Shown: positions 19,176 through 29,900, numbered from the stretch's first letter. The stretch: DNA of 39,178 nucleotides from Gemmatimonadaceae bacterium (GCA_033763905.1 JANRJP010000088.1:1-39178); one strand, 5' to 3'. The notes: a model not told the origin generated them from the sequence alone. Translations and numbers: made by a program.

Positions 19176-20218
19176 CAGCGGAGCCCGGTGCCGTGCAACT
19201 CGCGCAACAACCGCGCGACGTCCGCGTCGGAAATCTCGGCGACCGGTACCTGCCACGCCTCGCGCAGCAGCGCGACGAGCGCTTGTGCCCAGAGCACGTT
19301 GACGACGGTACCGGCGTGTCCGTCGCGCAGGACGGCGTGCGGGAGTTCGTCTCCCTGCGTCGGCGTCACCGTCAGTCCCGCGACGGCTGCCGCGTGATAC
19401 GCCGCACGACCGTCGAGCGTCCGGCCGCCCCAGCGCGATTCAAAAAAGCGTCGATCATCAAACAGGCGGATCGCGGGATCGGCGGCGGCGAGACCCGCGA
19501 GCGCGCCGTCGTAGCGGTCGAGCATCGCGACGAGACGCGCCGTCGCGCTGGCGTCCTGCCATTTCGCGTGCAGCGGTGGCCAGTGCCGATTATCGGCCAG
19601 ACCCACAAGCACCACGCGCACCGTCGGCGCCTGTTGGCGAATGGCGCGCGTGGCGGTCGCAATCGCCGCCGTGCACGCGTCGACCCGCGCCTCCGCCAAC
19701 GCGGCCGCGTCGCCGCGGGCGACGCTGTCGAGGAAGGCCTCGGTGCCGAGGTCGTTGATGCCGATCCGAATCACGACGACGCCGTGGCGCCAACCAGCCG
19801 AGTCTCGTGCGATGCGGTGCAGGAGGTGTTGCGTCTGTCCCGTCCATCGTGCGGCGAGTGACGAGCATCCAGCGCCGGACAGCGCGAAGACGTGCTCGTA
19901 GTCCTGCTTGGTCGGGCTGCGGAGCGTCATCCCAAACCACGACGCGACGCGGGCCACGCGCGGTGACCAGCCGTACTCGCCGAATGCGCCGAGGTCGAGT
20001 TCCGGCCGAAGGCGTGCGAGCGCATCGGTCCACTGCAGCGTCTGGGCCCGTCGCTCCCCGCCGCGGACCCCGGGGCCCGGGGGCATCCAGAGGACATCGC
20101 GATACGAGTGACTGTCGGAGTCGCCGAGGACCCCGATCCGGATACGGTCCGTCACGAGGGGGTCAGTGGCCGAGGGGGTGCAGGCGGCGACACACAGCAC
20201 CGCCAGCCACGCGCGCAA
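19175..20218 (-). CDS. SGNH/GDSL hydrolase-family protein, probable lipoprotein
   Basis: Block I GVLGDSDS, block II SGAG, block III IGIND, block V DGH; lipobox VAAC. Start uncertain (TTG 20218 or up to 20311). Confidence 0.8.
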   Translation of the reverse strand: MRAWLAVLCVAACTPSATDPLVTDRIRIGVLGDSDSHSYRDVLWMPPGPGVRGGERRAQTLQWTDALARLRPELDLGAFGEYGWSPRVARVASWFGMTLRSPTKQDYEHVFALSGAGCSSLAARWTGQTQHLLHRIARDSAGWRHGVVVIRIGINDLGTEAFLDSVARGDAAALAEARVDACTAAIATATRAIRQQAPTVRVVLVGLADNRHWPPLHAKWQDASATARLVAMLDRYDGALAGLAAADPAIRLFDDRRFFESRWGGRTLDGRAAYHAAAVAGLTVTPTQGDELPHAVLRDGHAGTVVNVLWAQALVALLREAWQVPVAEISDADVARLLRELHGTGLR

Positions 20219-20293
20219 GCGTAGGAACGGAGGGATACGCCGACTGGGAGAAGGGAAACGGTAAGGCCAGCTGACCGAGGCATAATCTCGACA

Positions 20294-20310
20294 CTGGAAT
20301 GACAATTGCA
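20294..20310 (+). promoter_or_regulatory. Putative sigma-54 -24/-12 promoter upstream of NRPS-PKS
   Basis: CTGGAATG-ACAA-TTGCA with exact GG-N10-GC spacing in an AT-richer divergent intergenic region. Confidence 0.55.
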
Positions 20311-20402
20311 AAAACTTGGCCCAGAATGCGCTGTCACTTGTTTAGTCGCCGCCACACCGGGACGATCAGCCCCTACATCACCGCCGACGGCGCGGGTCCG
20401 AT

Positions 20403-23400
20403 GTGGTGGTTGCGCGACGGAATCACTCTGTACTGTGGTTTTTGTTGCGGGGGTGCCGCAGGTCGTGCACGAACGATCGGTGTTGTCGAGTGATTTGGTC
20501 GCAATTCGTCCGGGTCGCCGCAGCGTTGCCGCAGCACCGCGCAGTGGAGGACCCCACCACACAATGGACCTACGAGGCGCTCGAAGCGGCGGCGCTTCGC
20601 TGTGCCGAGCGGCTCGTCGAAGCGGGCGTCGCGCCGGGCGATGTGGTGGCGTTTCTCGGCGGTCGAAGCGTACACGTGGCGGCGGCAGCGCTGGGTGTCT
20701 GGCGCGCAGGTGCGGTGTGGTGCCCATTGGAGCACACGAACCCGGACGCCAGCCTTCAACGGGTCGTTACCGCCGCTGTTCCTCGAGTCATTATTGCGAC
20801 GCAAGAAAGCCATAATCGCGCCTTTAAGCTCGCTCAAGGAGTTGGCGCGGATGTTCTGATCATCGACGCCACCGACGACGGGTTCAGCCCCCGAGCGACG
20901 TTACCGCCAATCGAGACCTTGGCTGCGGACTCGCTGGCGTACCTGATCCACACCTCCGGGACCACAGGGCAGCCGAAGGGAGTCGAAGTCACGCACGACG
21001 CCCTGCTGGCGCACCTCGACTGGCACCGCCAATTCACCGATCTCGGGCCCGGTCGGCGCACGCTCGTTGCCACATCGCTTGGCTTCGATCCCTCGATCTG
21101 GGAGCTGTGTTCGCCCTTGCTCAGCGGAGCGACCGCGGCGTTTGCCTCGGCGAATGTGCCGAGGGACCCTGACGCGATGTGTCGCGAGATCAGCGCGTTC
21201 GGCGTCACCACCGTGCTCACCGTACCCTCGGTGCTCCGCGCGCTCGCCGAGACCCCCGCGTTCGTGGAGTGCACGACGCTGCGGGACATCGGCTGTGGCG
21301 GCGAGCCGCTCGAGTGGAGTGTCGTTCGGCAGGTGCATCAGGTGCTGCCCACCGCACGGGTCACCAACCTGTACGGGCCAACGGAGGCGTCGATTGCCGC
21401 CACCGCCTTCGTTGCCAACGGCGGTGAGGCGCGCGAAGGCGTCGTGCCCATCGGTCGGCCCATCGCGGACATCGATGCGGTGGTGGTGGACGAGACGCTC
21501 ACGCCAGTGCCAGCGGGCGAGCCTGGCGAACTGCTGCTCGCGGGTCGCGGCGTCGCGCGCGGCTACCGTCGCGACGCGGCGCTGACCGCCGAACGCTTCG
21601 TCGCGAGTCCCCGACTGTCGCGGCCGCGCTACTACCGCACGGGCGATCGCGTGCGCGTCGGCGCGGACGGTGCACTCGAGTTTCTCGGTCGACTCGACGA
21701 CCAGCTCAAGGTCTCGGGCCATCGCATCGAAACGGCAGAACTCGATGCGGCGCTGCGGGCGTGCAGTGGCGTGGCGGACGCGGCCGTGGTCCTTCGGCGC
21801 GACCACGGCGCAACGCCGTCGCTCGTTGCGTATCTCGCGGGAACGATCGGGGATCCCGCGGCCGTCGCGCGCGAGCTCGAGTTGCGGCTGCCCGCGGCGG
21901 TGTTGCCGCGCACCTTTGTCGTCGTTCCCGCGATTCCCCGACTGGCGTCGGGCAAGGTGCATCGCGAAGCGCTGCCTGCGCCGCGGGCAGAGCGGCCGGC
22001 GCTCGACGGGCCCTATGTCGCGCCGATCGGTGCCGACGAGGCGGCGATCTGCGCGGTCTTTGAGCAAGTGCTTGGTGTGACGCCCGTGGGGCGGCACGAT
22101 GCCTTCTTCGCGCTCGGCGGCACGTCGCTCCTGGCCCTGCGGGCGGTCGCGGCGTTGCGGGACGGTGGCCGACGCATCACGATCGGTCGACTCTTCGCGG
22201 CGCCGACGCCCGCCGCCCTTGCGGCGTACCGTCCCACCGAAGCCACGGCGCGCGACGCTGCCGTCGCGCCAGCGGATGCGAACGCCGAGCCGCGCGGCGC
22301 GCGGAGCCACGCAATCGCGATCATCGGGATGGCGCTCCGTGTGCCCGGCGCGTCAACCGTCGAGGCGTTCTGGCAGCAGCTGCTCGACGGTCGTGATCCG
22401 ATCACCGACTTCGATCGCGAGACGCTCGCGACGACCCTCGGCGATCCGGCGATTCACGATCCCGACTACGTCCCCGCCCGGGGCGTTCTGCCGCACGCCG
22501 ATTGCTTCGACGCCGAGTTCTTCGGGATCCCGCGTCGCGAAGCCGAGCTGACCGATCCACAGCATCGCGTCCTGCTGGAGCTGGCGTGGGAGTGCATCGA
22601 ACGCGCCGGCTACGCGGTCGATCAGATGCCGCGGCGCGTCGGCGTGTTCGCTGGCGTCCACTCGCCGTCGTACCTGACCCACGTGGTGTTGCGTCGGCCC
22701 GATGTCGTACGCGCGGTCGGCGAGGTTGCCGTCACGATCGGCAACGACAAGGACTACGCCGCGACGCGGCTCGCGCATCGGCTCGACCTGCGCGGCCCCG
22801 CCCTCGCCGTCAGCACCGCGTGCTCGACATCGCTCACCGCGGTGGCAATCGCGGTGGAGCAACTGCGCGCCGGCCACTGTGACGCCGCGCTGGCCGGCGC
22901 GGCGACCATTCAGGTGCCGATCGACGCCGGGTATCTCTACGAACCGGGGGCGATGCGCTCGCGCGACGGCCGGACGCGCCCGTTCGATGCGGCCGCCGAC
23001 GGGACCTCGTTCAATGACGGGGCGGCGGTCGTGCTGCTCAAGCGGCTCGACGACGCGCTGCGCGACGGGGACCACATCCACGCGGTCATTCGCGGCGTCG
23101 GCATCAGCAACGACGGCGGACACAAGGCGAGCTTCACCGCGCCCAGTGTCGATGGGCAAGCGGCGGCGATCGCGGCGGCGCTGGCTGACGCCGGCGTCCG
23201 GGCCGATGACATCTCCTACGTCGAAGCGCACGGCACGGCGACGCCGGTCGGTGATCCGATCGAGATCGAAGCGTTGACGCAGGTGTTTCGGACGCACACG
23301 GCGCGCACGGCGTTCTGCGCGTTGGGCTCGGTGAAAGGCAGCGTCGGTCACTTGGTGACGGCCGCCGGCGCGGCAGGACTGATCAAGACGGCGCTCGCGT

Positions 23401-26400
23401 TGGAAGCCGAGGAGCTACCGGCCACCGGGCACTACCGGCGACCGAATCCGCGCATTCGCTTCGAGGAGACGCCGTTCGTGCCGCTCGCGGCGCGCACGGC
23501 GTGGCCCCGCACCGCGCGCCGGCGGCTGGCCGGCGTCAGTTCTTTCGGCGTCGGCGGCACGAACGTGCACGTGATTCTCGAGGAAGCGCCGACTCGACCA
23601 ATCCCCGACTCGACGCTCGAAACGACCGGCGTCTCGCTGTTGACCTTGTCGGCACGTCGGGACGACGATCTGTCGCGCGTGGCAGAACAATTGGCCGCGC
23701 ATCTCGAGCGTCCCGATGCGCCGCCGCTCGACGCAGTCGCTGCCACGTTGCGTCACGGTCGCGTCGTGCATCCGGTCCGGACCGTCATCGCGGCACGCTC
23801 GACCGCCGCGGCGATCGACGCGCTGCGCGATCCGGCGCATCGCTGGCGCGCACCGGTCGGCAAGGCTGCGCACCGGCCAGCGGTGGCGGTCGTGTTGCCG
23901 GGGCAGGGCTCGCAGTACCCGGGGATGGGCGCCGCGCTCTACGCCAGCGAGCCGCTGTTCCGCGCGACCTTCGATCGCTGTGCCGATGCCATCGCCGCCG
24001 CAGGCCTCGGCGATCTGCGCGCCGAGTTCGCCGGCGATCGTCGCGAGCGGCGCACCGACACCGCATTCGTGCAGGCGGCACTCTTCGCCGTGGAGTCATC
24101 GCTCCTGTCGCTCTGGCGGTCGCGTGGTCTCGTGCCAGAGGTTGTGATCGGCCACAGCGTTGGCGAGTTCGTGGCTGCCGCTGATGCTGGCGTGATGGCG
24201 CTCGAGACGGCGGCCGTTCTCGTGGCACGCCGAGGCGCCATTATGCAGCAGTGTGCGCCAGGGGCGATGCGAGCCGTGCGGCTTGGGGCGACCGCTCTCG
24301 AAGCGCGGTTGCCTGCGGGCGTATCGCTGGCGGCGGAGAACTCGCCAACGTCGAGCGTCATCGCCGGGGCGGTGGACGCGCTGGATGCGTGCTGCGTCGG
24401 CCTCGACGCCGATGGTATTCCGTGGCGGCCGCTCGCCGTGTCGCACGCCTTTCATTCCGCGCTGATGGAGCCGGCGGTCGAGGCGTTCCACGCGGTGCTC
24501 CGCGAGGTCCCCCTGGCCGCACCTACGGCGACGATTGTCTCGACGGTCACCGGTGAGGTGCTCACGGCGGCGGAGGCGACGTCCCCGCAGTACTGGGCAC
24601 GGCATCTGCGCGTCCCGGTGCGATTCTCTCGCGCGATCTCCGCGTCGATGACGCGCGGGATCCGGACATTCCTCGAGCTCGGGCCCGGAAGCGCGCTGTC
24701 CTCGCTGGTCCGCCAGCACGCAGACCGCACGACGGACGCGTTGACCGCCATCCCGGCCTTGTCCGACGCCGTGGATGACGAGATCCAGCACGATCTGCTG
24801 GCGGCCGGTCGGCTCTGGACGGTTGGCGTGGATCTGCTGCCACCGACTCCGAAAACACGCCGGGTGCCACTCCCCGGCTACCCCTTCCGCCGCGAGCGCG
24901 TGTGGCTCGAGGTACCCGCAACGGAGCAGGCCGTCGCGCTGACGGAGCAGGCCGTCGCGCTGACGGAGCGTCCCGGTGCTGCCGCAGCACCGAGCGTGGA
25001 TACCGAGGCGTCGGCGTCGGCGACGCTGGATCACGCGCCGCGCATCGAACAGCTCGTCACCGCCGTTGCGGCGATCCTCGAAGAGGTGTCGGGCATCGAC
25101 ATCGCCACGCTCGACGCGGACGCGTCGTTGGTCGAGCTCGGCTTCGACTCGCTCAGTCTCACCAAGGCCGCGCAGGTATTGCGCAAGCGGCTCGGGGGGA
25201 CGCTCACGTATCGCCAACTGCTCGAGAGCTCGCGCTCCATTCGTGGCCTGGCTGGCTACTTCCTGTCGTTGGACACGTCGACGGGATCGCCGCAGGGCGC
25301 CGCGGAGGCGCCAGCAGCGCCGACCGATGTGCGGCCGACCGATGTGCCGCCGCCGACGGACGTGGTCGCGCGACCGGCGACCGAGCCTATGCGAGCGCCC
25401 GCGCCCGCTGCGGAAGCGCCGGCCAAGCCTTTTGGTGCCATCGCGCGGATCTATCGCGAACCGCCGACGCTGACCGAGCGGCAGCGCCTGCGGCTGGAGG
25501 CGTTCGTGCGCCGATACGAGGCCCGCACCCCCAATTCGAAGGCGTTCGCCGCGGCGAATCGCGACGTGCTCGCGGATCCGCGAATGGTCAGCGGGTTCCG
25601 TCCGCAGACGAAGGAGATCACCTACCAGATCGTGATCGACCAGTCGCGCGGGTCGAAGGTGATCGACATCGACGGCAACGAGTACGTCGACGCGCTGGGT
25701 GGCTTCGGGATGTGCCTCTTCGGGTGGCAGCCCTCGTTCGTCGTGGACGCGCTGCATCGCCAGATCGACGCCGGATACGAGATCGGACCGATGCATCCGT
25801 ACGCCGCCGATGTCGCGCGGCTGGTCTGCGAACTGACCGGTCACGATCGCGCGGCGCTGGTGAACACCGGATCGGAAGCGGTGATGGGCGCCTTGCGGAT
25901 GGCGCGCACCGTGAGCGGGCGCAACACGATCGTATCGTTTGCGGGATCGTATCACGGCACGTTCGATGAAGTGGTCGTTCGCGAAGGTCGGCGCAACCGG
26001 GGCCTGCCGGCCGCCCCGGGCATCGTGCCATCGATGTTCGAAGAGATCCTCGTGCTCGAGTACGGGGCCCCGGCGTCGCTCGACATCATCCGCGAGCGGG
26101 CCCACGATATCGCGGCCGTGCTCGTGGAGCCGATCCAGAGTCGGCGCCCGGAGTTTCGCCCGACCGAGTTCGTACGGGCGCTCCGCGCGCTGACCGCCTC
26201 GTCGGACATCTGCCTCATCTTCGACGAAGTCATCACCGGCTTCCGCGCGGGTCTCGGCGGTGCGCAGGCCTACTACGGTGTACGCGCCGACGTCGCGACC
26301 TACGGCAAGGTGATCGGCGGTGGCCTGCCGATTGGCGTGATTGCCGGGCAGCGCACGTATATGGACGCGCTGGATGGTGGCGCGTGGCAGTACGGGGATG

Positions 26401-26954
26401 CCTCGGTGCCCGAAGTGGGGGTGACGTATCTCGCCGGGACCTTCGTGCGCCATCCGCTGGCGCTCGCGGCGGCGAAGGCGTCCTTGGAGTACCTGCGCGA
26501 CCACGGTGCGGAGATCAGCGCCACGCTCAGCGCCCGCATCGGCGCGATGGCAGACGCGATGAATGCGCATTGTCGTGCCGTTGGGGCCCCGGTGGAGATT
26601 CGCACCTTCGCGTCGCTGTGGCGCGTGGCCTTCCTCGAAGAGCATCCGTGGCAGGATCTGCTGTTCGCGATGATGCGGAGCCGCGGCGTGCACTTGCTCG
26701 ACAACTTCCCCTGCTACGGCACCACGGCGCTCACCGATGCCGATCTCGCCGTGATCGTGCGCGCGTTCACCGCGTCGATCGACGAGATGCAGGCGGCCGG
26801 CTTCTTGCCCAGTCGGGCGGCGGCTGCGGTGACGGCGCAGGCGCTCACCCCCCCTGTGCCCGGCGCACGACTCGGACGGAACCCGCAAGGGCAGCCCGCC
26901 TGGTACGTCGAAGACCCGGACAACCCGCAGTCGTACATCGAGGTGCCGACGTGA
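20403..26954 (+). CDS. Hybrid NRPS/type I PKS: A-T-KS-AT-ACP-aminotransferase class III
   Basis: A: HTSGTTGQPKG, FDPS, NLYGPTE, YRTGD, SGK. T: LGGTSL. KS: TACSTS, EAHGT, VGHL. AT: GHSVG and HAFH (malonyl). ACP: GFDSL. AMT: FDEVITGFR, YGKVIGGG. True start may be GTG 20490. Confidence 0.95.
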   Translation: MVVARRNHSVLWFLLRGCRRSCTNDRCCRVIWSQFVRVAAALPQHRAVEDPTTQWTYEALEAAALRCAERLVEAGVAPGDVVAFLGGRSVHVAAAALGVWRAGAVWCPLEHTNPDASLQRVVTAAVPRVIIATQESHNRAFKLAQGVGADVLIIDATDDGFSPRATLPPIETLAADSLAYLIHTSGTTGQPKGVEVTHDALLAHLDWHRQFTDLGPGRRTLVATSLGFDPSIWELCSPLLSGATAAFASANVPRDPDAMCREISAFGVTTVLTVPSVLRALAETPAFVECTTLRDIGCGGEPLEWSVVRQVHQVLPTARVTNLYGPTEASIAATAFVANGGEAREGVVPIGRPIADIDAVVVDETLTPVPAGEPGELLLAGRGVARGYRRDAALTAERFVASPRLSRPRYYRTGDRVRVGADGALEFLGRLDDQLKVSGHRIETAELDAALRACSGVADAAVVLRRDHGATPSLVAYLAGTIGDPAAVARELELRLPAAVLPRTFVVVPAIPRLASGKVHREALPAPRAERPALDGPYVAPIGADEAAICAVFEQVLGVTPVGRHDAFFALGGTSLLALRAVAALRDGGRRITIGRLFAAPTPAALAAYRPTEATARDAAVAPADANAEPRGARSHAIAIIGMALRVPGASTVEAFWQQLLDGRDPITDFDRETLATTLGDPAIHDPDYVPARGVLPHADCFDAEFFGIPRREAELTDPQHRVLLELAWECIERAGYAVDQMPRRVGVFAGVHSPSYLTHVVLRRPDVVRAVGEVAVTIGNDKDYAATRLAHRLDLRGPALAVSTACSTSLTAVAIAVEQLRAGHCDAALAGAATIQVPIDAGYLYEPGAMRSRDGRTRPFDAAADGTSFNDGAAVVLLKRLDDALRDGDHIHAVIRGVGISNDGGHKASFTAPSVDGQAAAIAAALADAGVRADDISYVEAHGTATPVGDPIEIEALTQVFRTHTARTAFCALGSVKGSVGHLVTAAGAAGLIKTALALEAEELPATGHYRRPNPRIRFEETPFVPLAARTAWPRTARRRLAGVSSFGVGGTNVHVILEEAPTRPIPDSTLETTGVSLLTLSARRDDDLSRVAEQLAAHLERPDAPPLDAVAATLRHGRVVHPVRTVIAARSTAAAIDALRDPAHRWRAPVGKAAHRPAVAVVLPGQGSQYPGMGAALYASEPLFRATFDRCADAIAAAGLGDLRAEFAGDRRERRTDTAFVQAALFAVESSLLSLWRSRGLVPEVVIGHSVGEFVAAADAGVMALETAAVLVARRGAIMQQCAPGAMRAVRLGATALEARLPAGVSLAAENSPTSSVIAGAVDALDACCVGLDADGIPWRPLAVSHAFHSALMEPAVEAFHAVLREVPLAAPTATIVSTVTGEVLTAAEATSPQYWARHLRVPVRFSRAISASMTRGIRTFLELGPGSALSSLVRQHADRTTDALTAIPALSDAVDDEIQHDLLAAGRLWTVGVDLLPPTPKTRRVPLPGYPFRRERVWLEVPATEQAVALTEQAVALTERPGAAAAPSVDTEASASATLDHAPRIEQLVTAVAAILEEVSGIDIATLDADASLVELGFDSLSLTKAAQVLRKRLGGTLTYRQLLESSRSIRGLAGYFLSLDTSTGSPQGAAEAPAAPTDVRPTDVPPPTDVVARPATEPMRAPAPAAEAPAKPFGAIARIYREPPTLTERQRLRLEAFVRRYEARTPNSKAFAAANRDVLADPRMVSGFRPQTKEITYQIVIDQSRGSKVIDIDGNEYVDALGGFGMCLFGWQPSFVVDALHRQIDAGYEIGPMHPYAADVARLVCELTGHDRAALVNTGSEAVMGALRMARTVSGRNTIVSFAGSYHGTFDEVVVREGRRNRGLPAAPGIVPSMFEEILVLEYGAPASLDIIRERAHDIAAVLVEPIQSRRPEFRPTEFVRALRALTASSDICLIFDEVITGFRAGLGGAQAYYGVRADVATYGKVIGGGLPIGVIAGQRTYMDALDGGAWQYGDASVPEVGVTYLAGTFVRHPLALAAAKASLEYLRDHGAEISATLSARIGAMADAMNAHCRAVGAPVEIRTFASLWRVAFLEEHPWQDLLFAMMRSRGVHLLDNFPCYGTTALTDADLAVIVRAFTASIDEMQAAGFLPSRAAAAVTAQALTPPVPGARLGRNPQGQPAWYVEDPDNPQSYIEVPT
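24921..24969 (+). repeat. 21-bp in-frame tandem duplication (TEQAVAL x2)
   Basis: ACGGAGCAGGCCGTCGCGCTG twice plus ACGGAGC, in the AT-ACP linker. Confidence 0.9.
25319..25364 (+). repeat. Degenerate PTDV-encoding tandem repeat x3
   Basis: GCCGACCGATGTGC twice at 15-nt period, then CCGACGGACGTG; ACP-AMT linker. Confidence 0.75.
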
Positions 26955-29900
26955 CCGCACGCCCGAACGCGGTGCGCTTCAACCCGTTTGCGGCGGGCGA
27001 GATCGCGCTGGTGGTTCCGACCACAGCCGCGCAGCGCGAGATCTGGCTGGCGATGCAGGCCACGGACGACGCGACGCTGGCGTACAACGAATCCTGCGTG
27101 CTCCGGATGGTCGGCGCGCTGGACCGGGCGGCGCTCGACGCGGCGTTTGCCACCATCATCGGGCGGCACGACGCGCTGCGGTCGACGTTCGCCGAGGACG
27201 GACTGTCGCTGTTCGTCAATCGCGAGTGGTCGGTGCCGATCGAGTGGCACGACTGGTCGGACCGCCCGCGCCCCGAGGCGTTGCGGCGTCTCGAAGCCAC
27301 GCGCGACGAGGCCGTGCGACGGCCGTTCGACCTGCACCGTGGGCCCCTGGTGCGCGCGACGGTTGTACGCCTCGCCGCGGACGATCACGCGCTGATCCTG
27401 ACGAGTCATCATCTCGTGTGTGACGGCTGGTCGCTGGGCGTCGTGACCGACGAACTCGGCGCGTGCTATCGCGCGATCGTCGATGGTGTGCCGTTCGAGC
27501 GCCCCGTCCCCGCGCAGTACGCGGAGTACGCCGCGCGTGAAGTGGCCCGGACCGCCTCGCCCGATGGCGACGCCGACCTCGGCTTCTGGGTCCGACAGTT
27601 TGCTACGGTGCCGGCACCGCTGTCGCTGCCCACCGACCGGCCGCGCCGCGTGCCGCGTCGCGTGACGTCGGCGCGCGTCGATGCCGTGCTGCCCGCGGCG
27701 CTCGTGGCCGACATCCGCCGATTGGCCGCGGCGACGGGTGGTACCACCTTCGGTGTGCTCTTCGCCGGCTTCTCGATGTGGCTGTCACGACTGACGGGCG
27801 ACACCGACTTCGTCGTCGGCATTCCAGCCGCGGGCCAGTCGGCGGCCGATATGCCGTCGCTCGTTGGTCACTGCGTGAATCTGCTGCCGGTACGGGTGAC
27901 GCTGTCGCCCGATGCGCCGGCCGACGCGTGCATTCGCGGCGTTCAGGACAGCCTCTTCGCCGCGCTGGAGCATCAGGAGTACACCTTTGGCTCGCTGCTC
28001 CGGCACCTCGCCCTGCGACGCGATGCGGGGCGTACGCCGCTGGTGGATGTCACGTTCAACGTCGATCGCGCGGCCGAGCTCGACTTCGGTGCGCTCAAGG
28101 TCAGCAGCGACGTCACACCGCGCGCCGCCGATCCCTTCGACCTGACGGTCAACCTGACGCCGATCGGCGGTGGATACCGCATCGAGTGCCAGTACGCGAC
28201 CGCGTTGTTCGCCCCCGCCACGATTACCGCGTGGCTCGAGGCCTATGTCGAACTGCTGCGCCAACTGGCGGACGCCGCGTCACAGCCGATGGCGAGCATC
28301 CCGTGGGTGTCGACGCCGCAACTCGAGCGGCTGCGGCAGTGGAACGATACCGGCAGCGCGACGACCGGTCGAGCTGACGCGCTGATCCGCGCGCAAGCGC
28401 GCCGCTCGCCGGATCATCCGGCACTGGCAGCTGCCGGACACGCGGCGTGGAGCTACGAGGAACTCATCACACGCACCGACGCGCTGGCCGATGGCCTGCT
28501 GGCGGCAGGTGTGCGCCCCGGCGATCGGGTCGGGCTCTGTCTCGAACGCGGGCCCAAGCTCGTCAAGGCGATGCTAGCGGTGTGGTCCGTCGGCGCCGCG
28601 TACGTGCCGCTCGAGGCGGCGTACCCCGCGCAGCGCTTGCGGACGATGCTCGGCGATGCCCAGGTGTCGCTCGTGGTCGTCGATGAGTCCACGGCCGCGG
28701 TCGCGGCGGCGTGGGAGATCACCTGTCCGATCGCGCCGATCGGCGACCTGATGCGCCGCGTATCGCCCGCCGAGCGTCGGCCGCGACCGGTATTGAGCCC
28801 GTCGGATGAAGCCTACGTGATGTACACGTCGGGCTCGACCGGCGTCCCCAAGGGCGTCTCGGTGCCGCACTCGGCGGTTGCGAACTTCCTGGTCGGCATC
28901 ACGGCGACGATACCGGTGCGGGAGTCGGATCGCCTGCTGGCGGTGACCACGCTGGGCTTCGATATCGCCGTGCTGGAGTTGCTGGGGCCGTTGGTCGTGG
29001 GCGGAACCGTGATTGTGGCTGCCGCCGGCATCGGAGGCGACGCGGCGGCGCTGGCCACCGTGCTCGCCGAGTCCGGCTCGACGCTGGTGCAGGGCACGCC
29101 GACGATGTTCGGCCTGCTGATCGCGTCGGGGTGGCCAGGGATGGCCAAGCTGCGCGTGCTGGTCGGCGGCGAGCCGCTACCGACGCATCTCGCGCAGGAA
29201 CTGGTCGCGCGCTGCGGCGACGTCTGGAACGTGTACGGACCGACCGAAGCCACCGTGTGGGCCACCGCGTGGCCGGTGGAGGCGGCCGACGACGCAGTGC
29301 GCATCGGACGACCGCTGCCGGGCCTGCGGGTGCACGTGCTCGATGCGCAGGGGCAGCGCTGTCCAATCGGCGTGCCGGGTGAACTGGTGATCGAGGGGGC
29401 CGGGCTCGCGACGGGATACGTCAACGACGCGGCGCAGACGGCGCAACGCTTCGCGCCCAGCGCCGCACTCGGCGGGGTGCGCGTGTATCGGACCGGTGAT
29501 CGCGGTCGCTGGCACGCTGATGGTGCGTTGGAGCACCTCGGACGTCTCGACGCGATGGTGAAGTTGCGCGGGCATCGCATCGAGCCAGGTGAGATCGAGC
29601 AGATCCTCGCACGGCATCCCTCCGTGCGACAGGTGCTGGTGCGTGTGGTGGAGCTCGCGACTGAGGATGCGCGCCTGATCGCGTATGTCGCGGCCGACGC
29701 GTCCCCGCACCTGTCTGATGAGCTGCTCGCCCTCGCGCGACGCCATCTGCCGCCCTATATGATCCCGCAGCGGATCGTGTTCGTGCCGGTCATTCCCACG
29801 CTGCCGAGCGGCAAGGTCGATCATCGCGCATTGCTCGCGACCCTGGAAGCGGGGACGGGCCGGACCGGTGCGCGACTGCACGAGCCGCCGGCGACGCCCC

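Noticed and set aside
20316..20332. Second plus-strand GG-N10-GC motif (TTGGCCCAGAATGCGCT)
   Set aside because: The -12 box lacks TTGC; weaker than the 20294 site and likely chance.
26384..26950. N-terminal 189 aa of the 1900-aa NRPS ORF, or a frameshift fusing PKS and NRPS
   Set aside because: Overlaps the AMT coding frame; a clean GTGA stop/start overlap at 26951-26954 indicates two coupled genes.
24096..26960. 954-aa minus-strand ORF
   Set aside because: Antisense to the PKS AT-ACP-AMT region; explained by codon bias.
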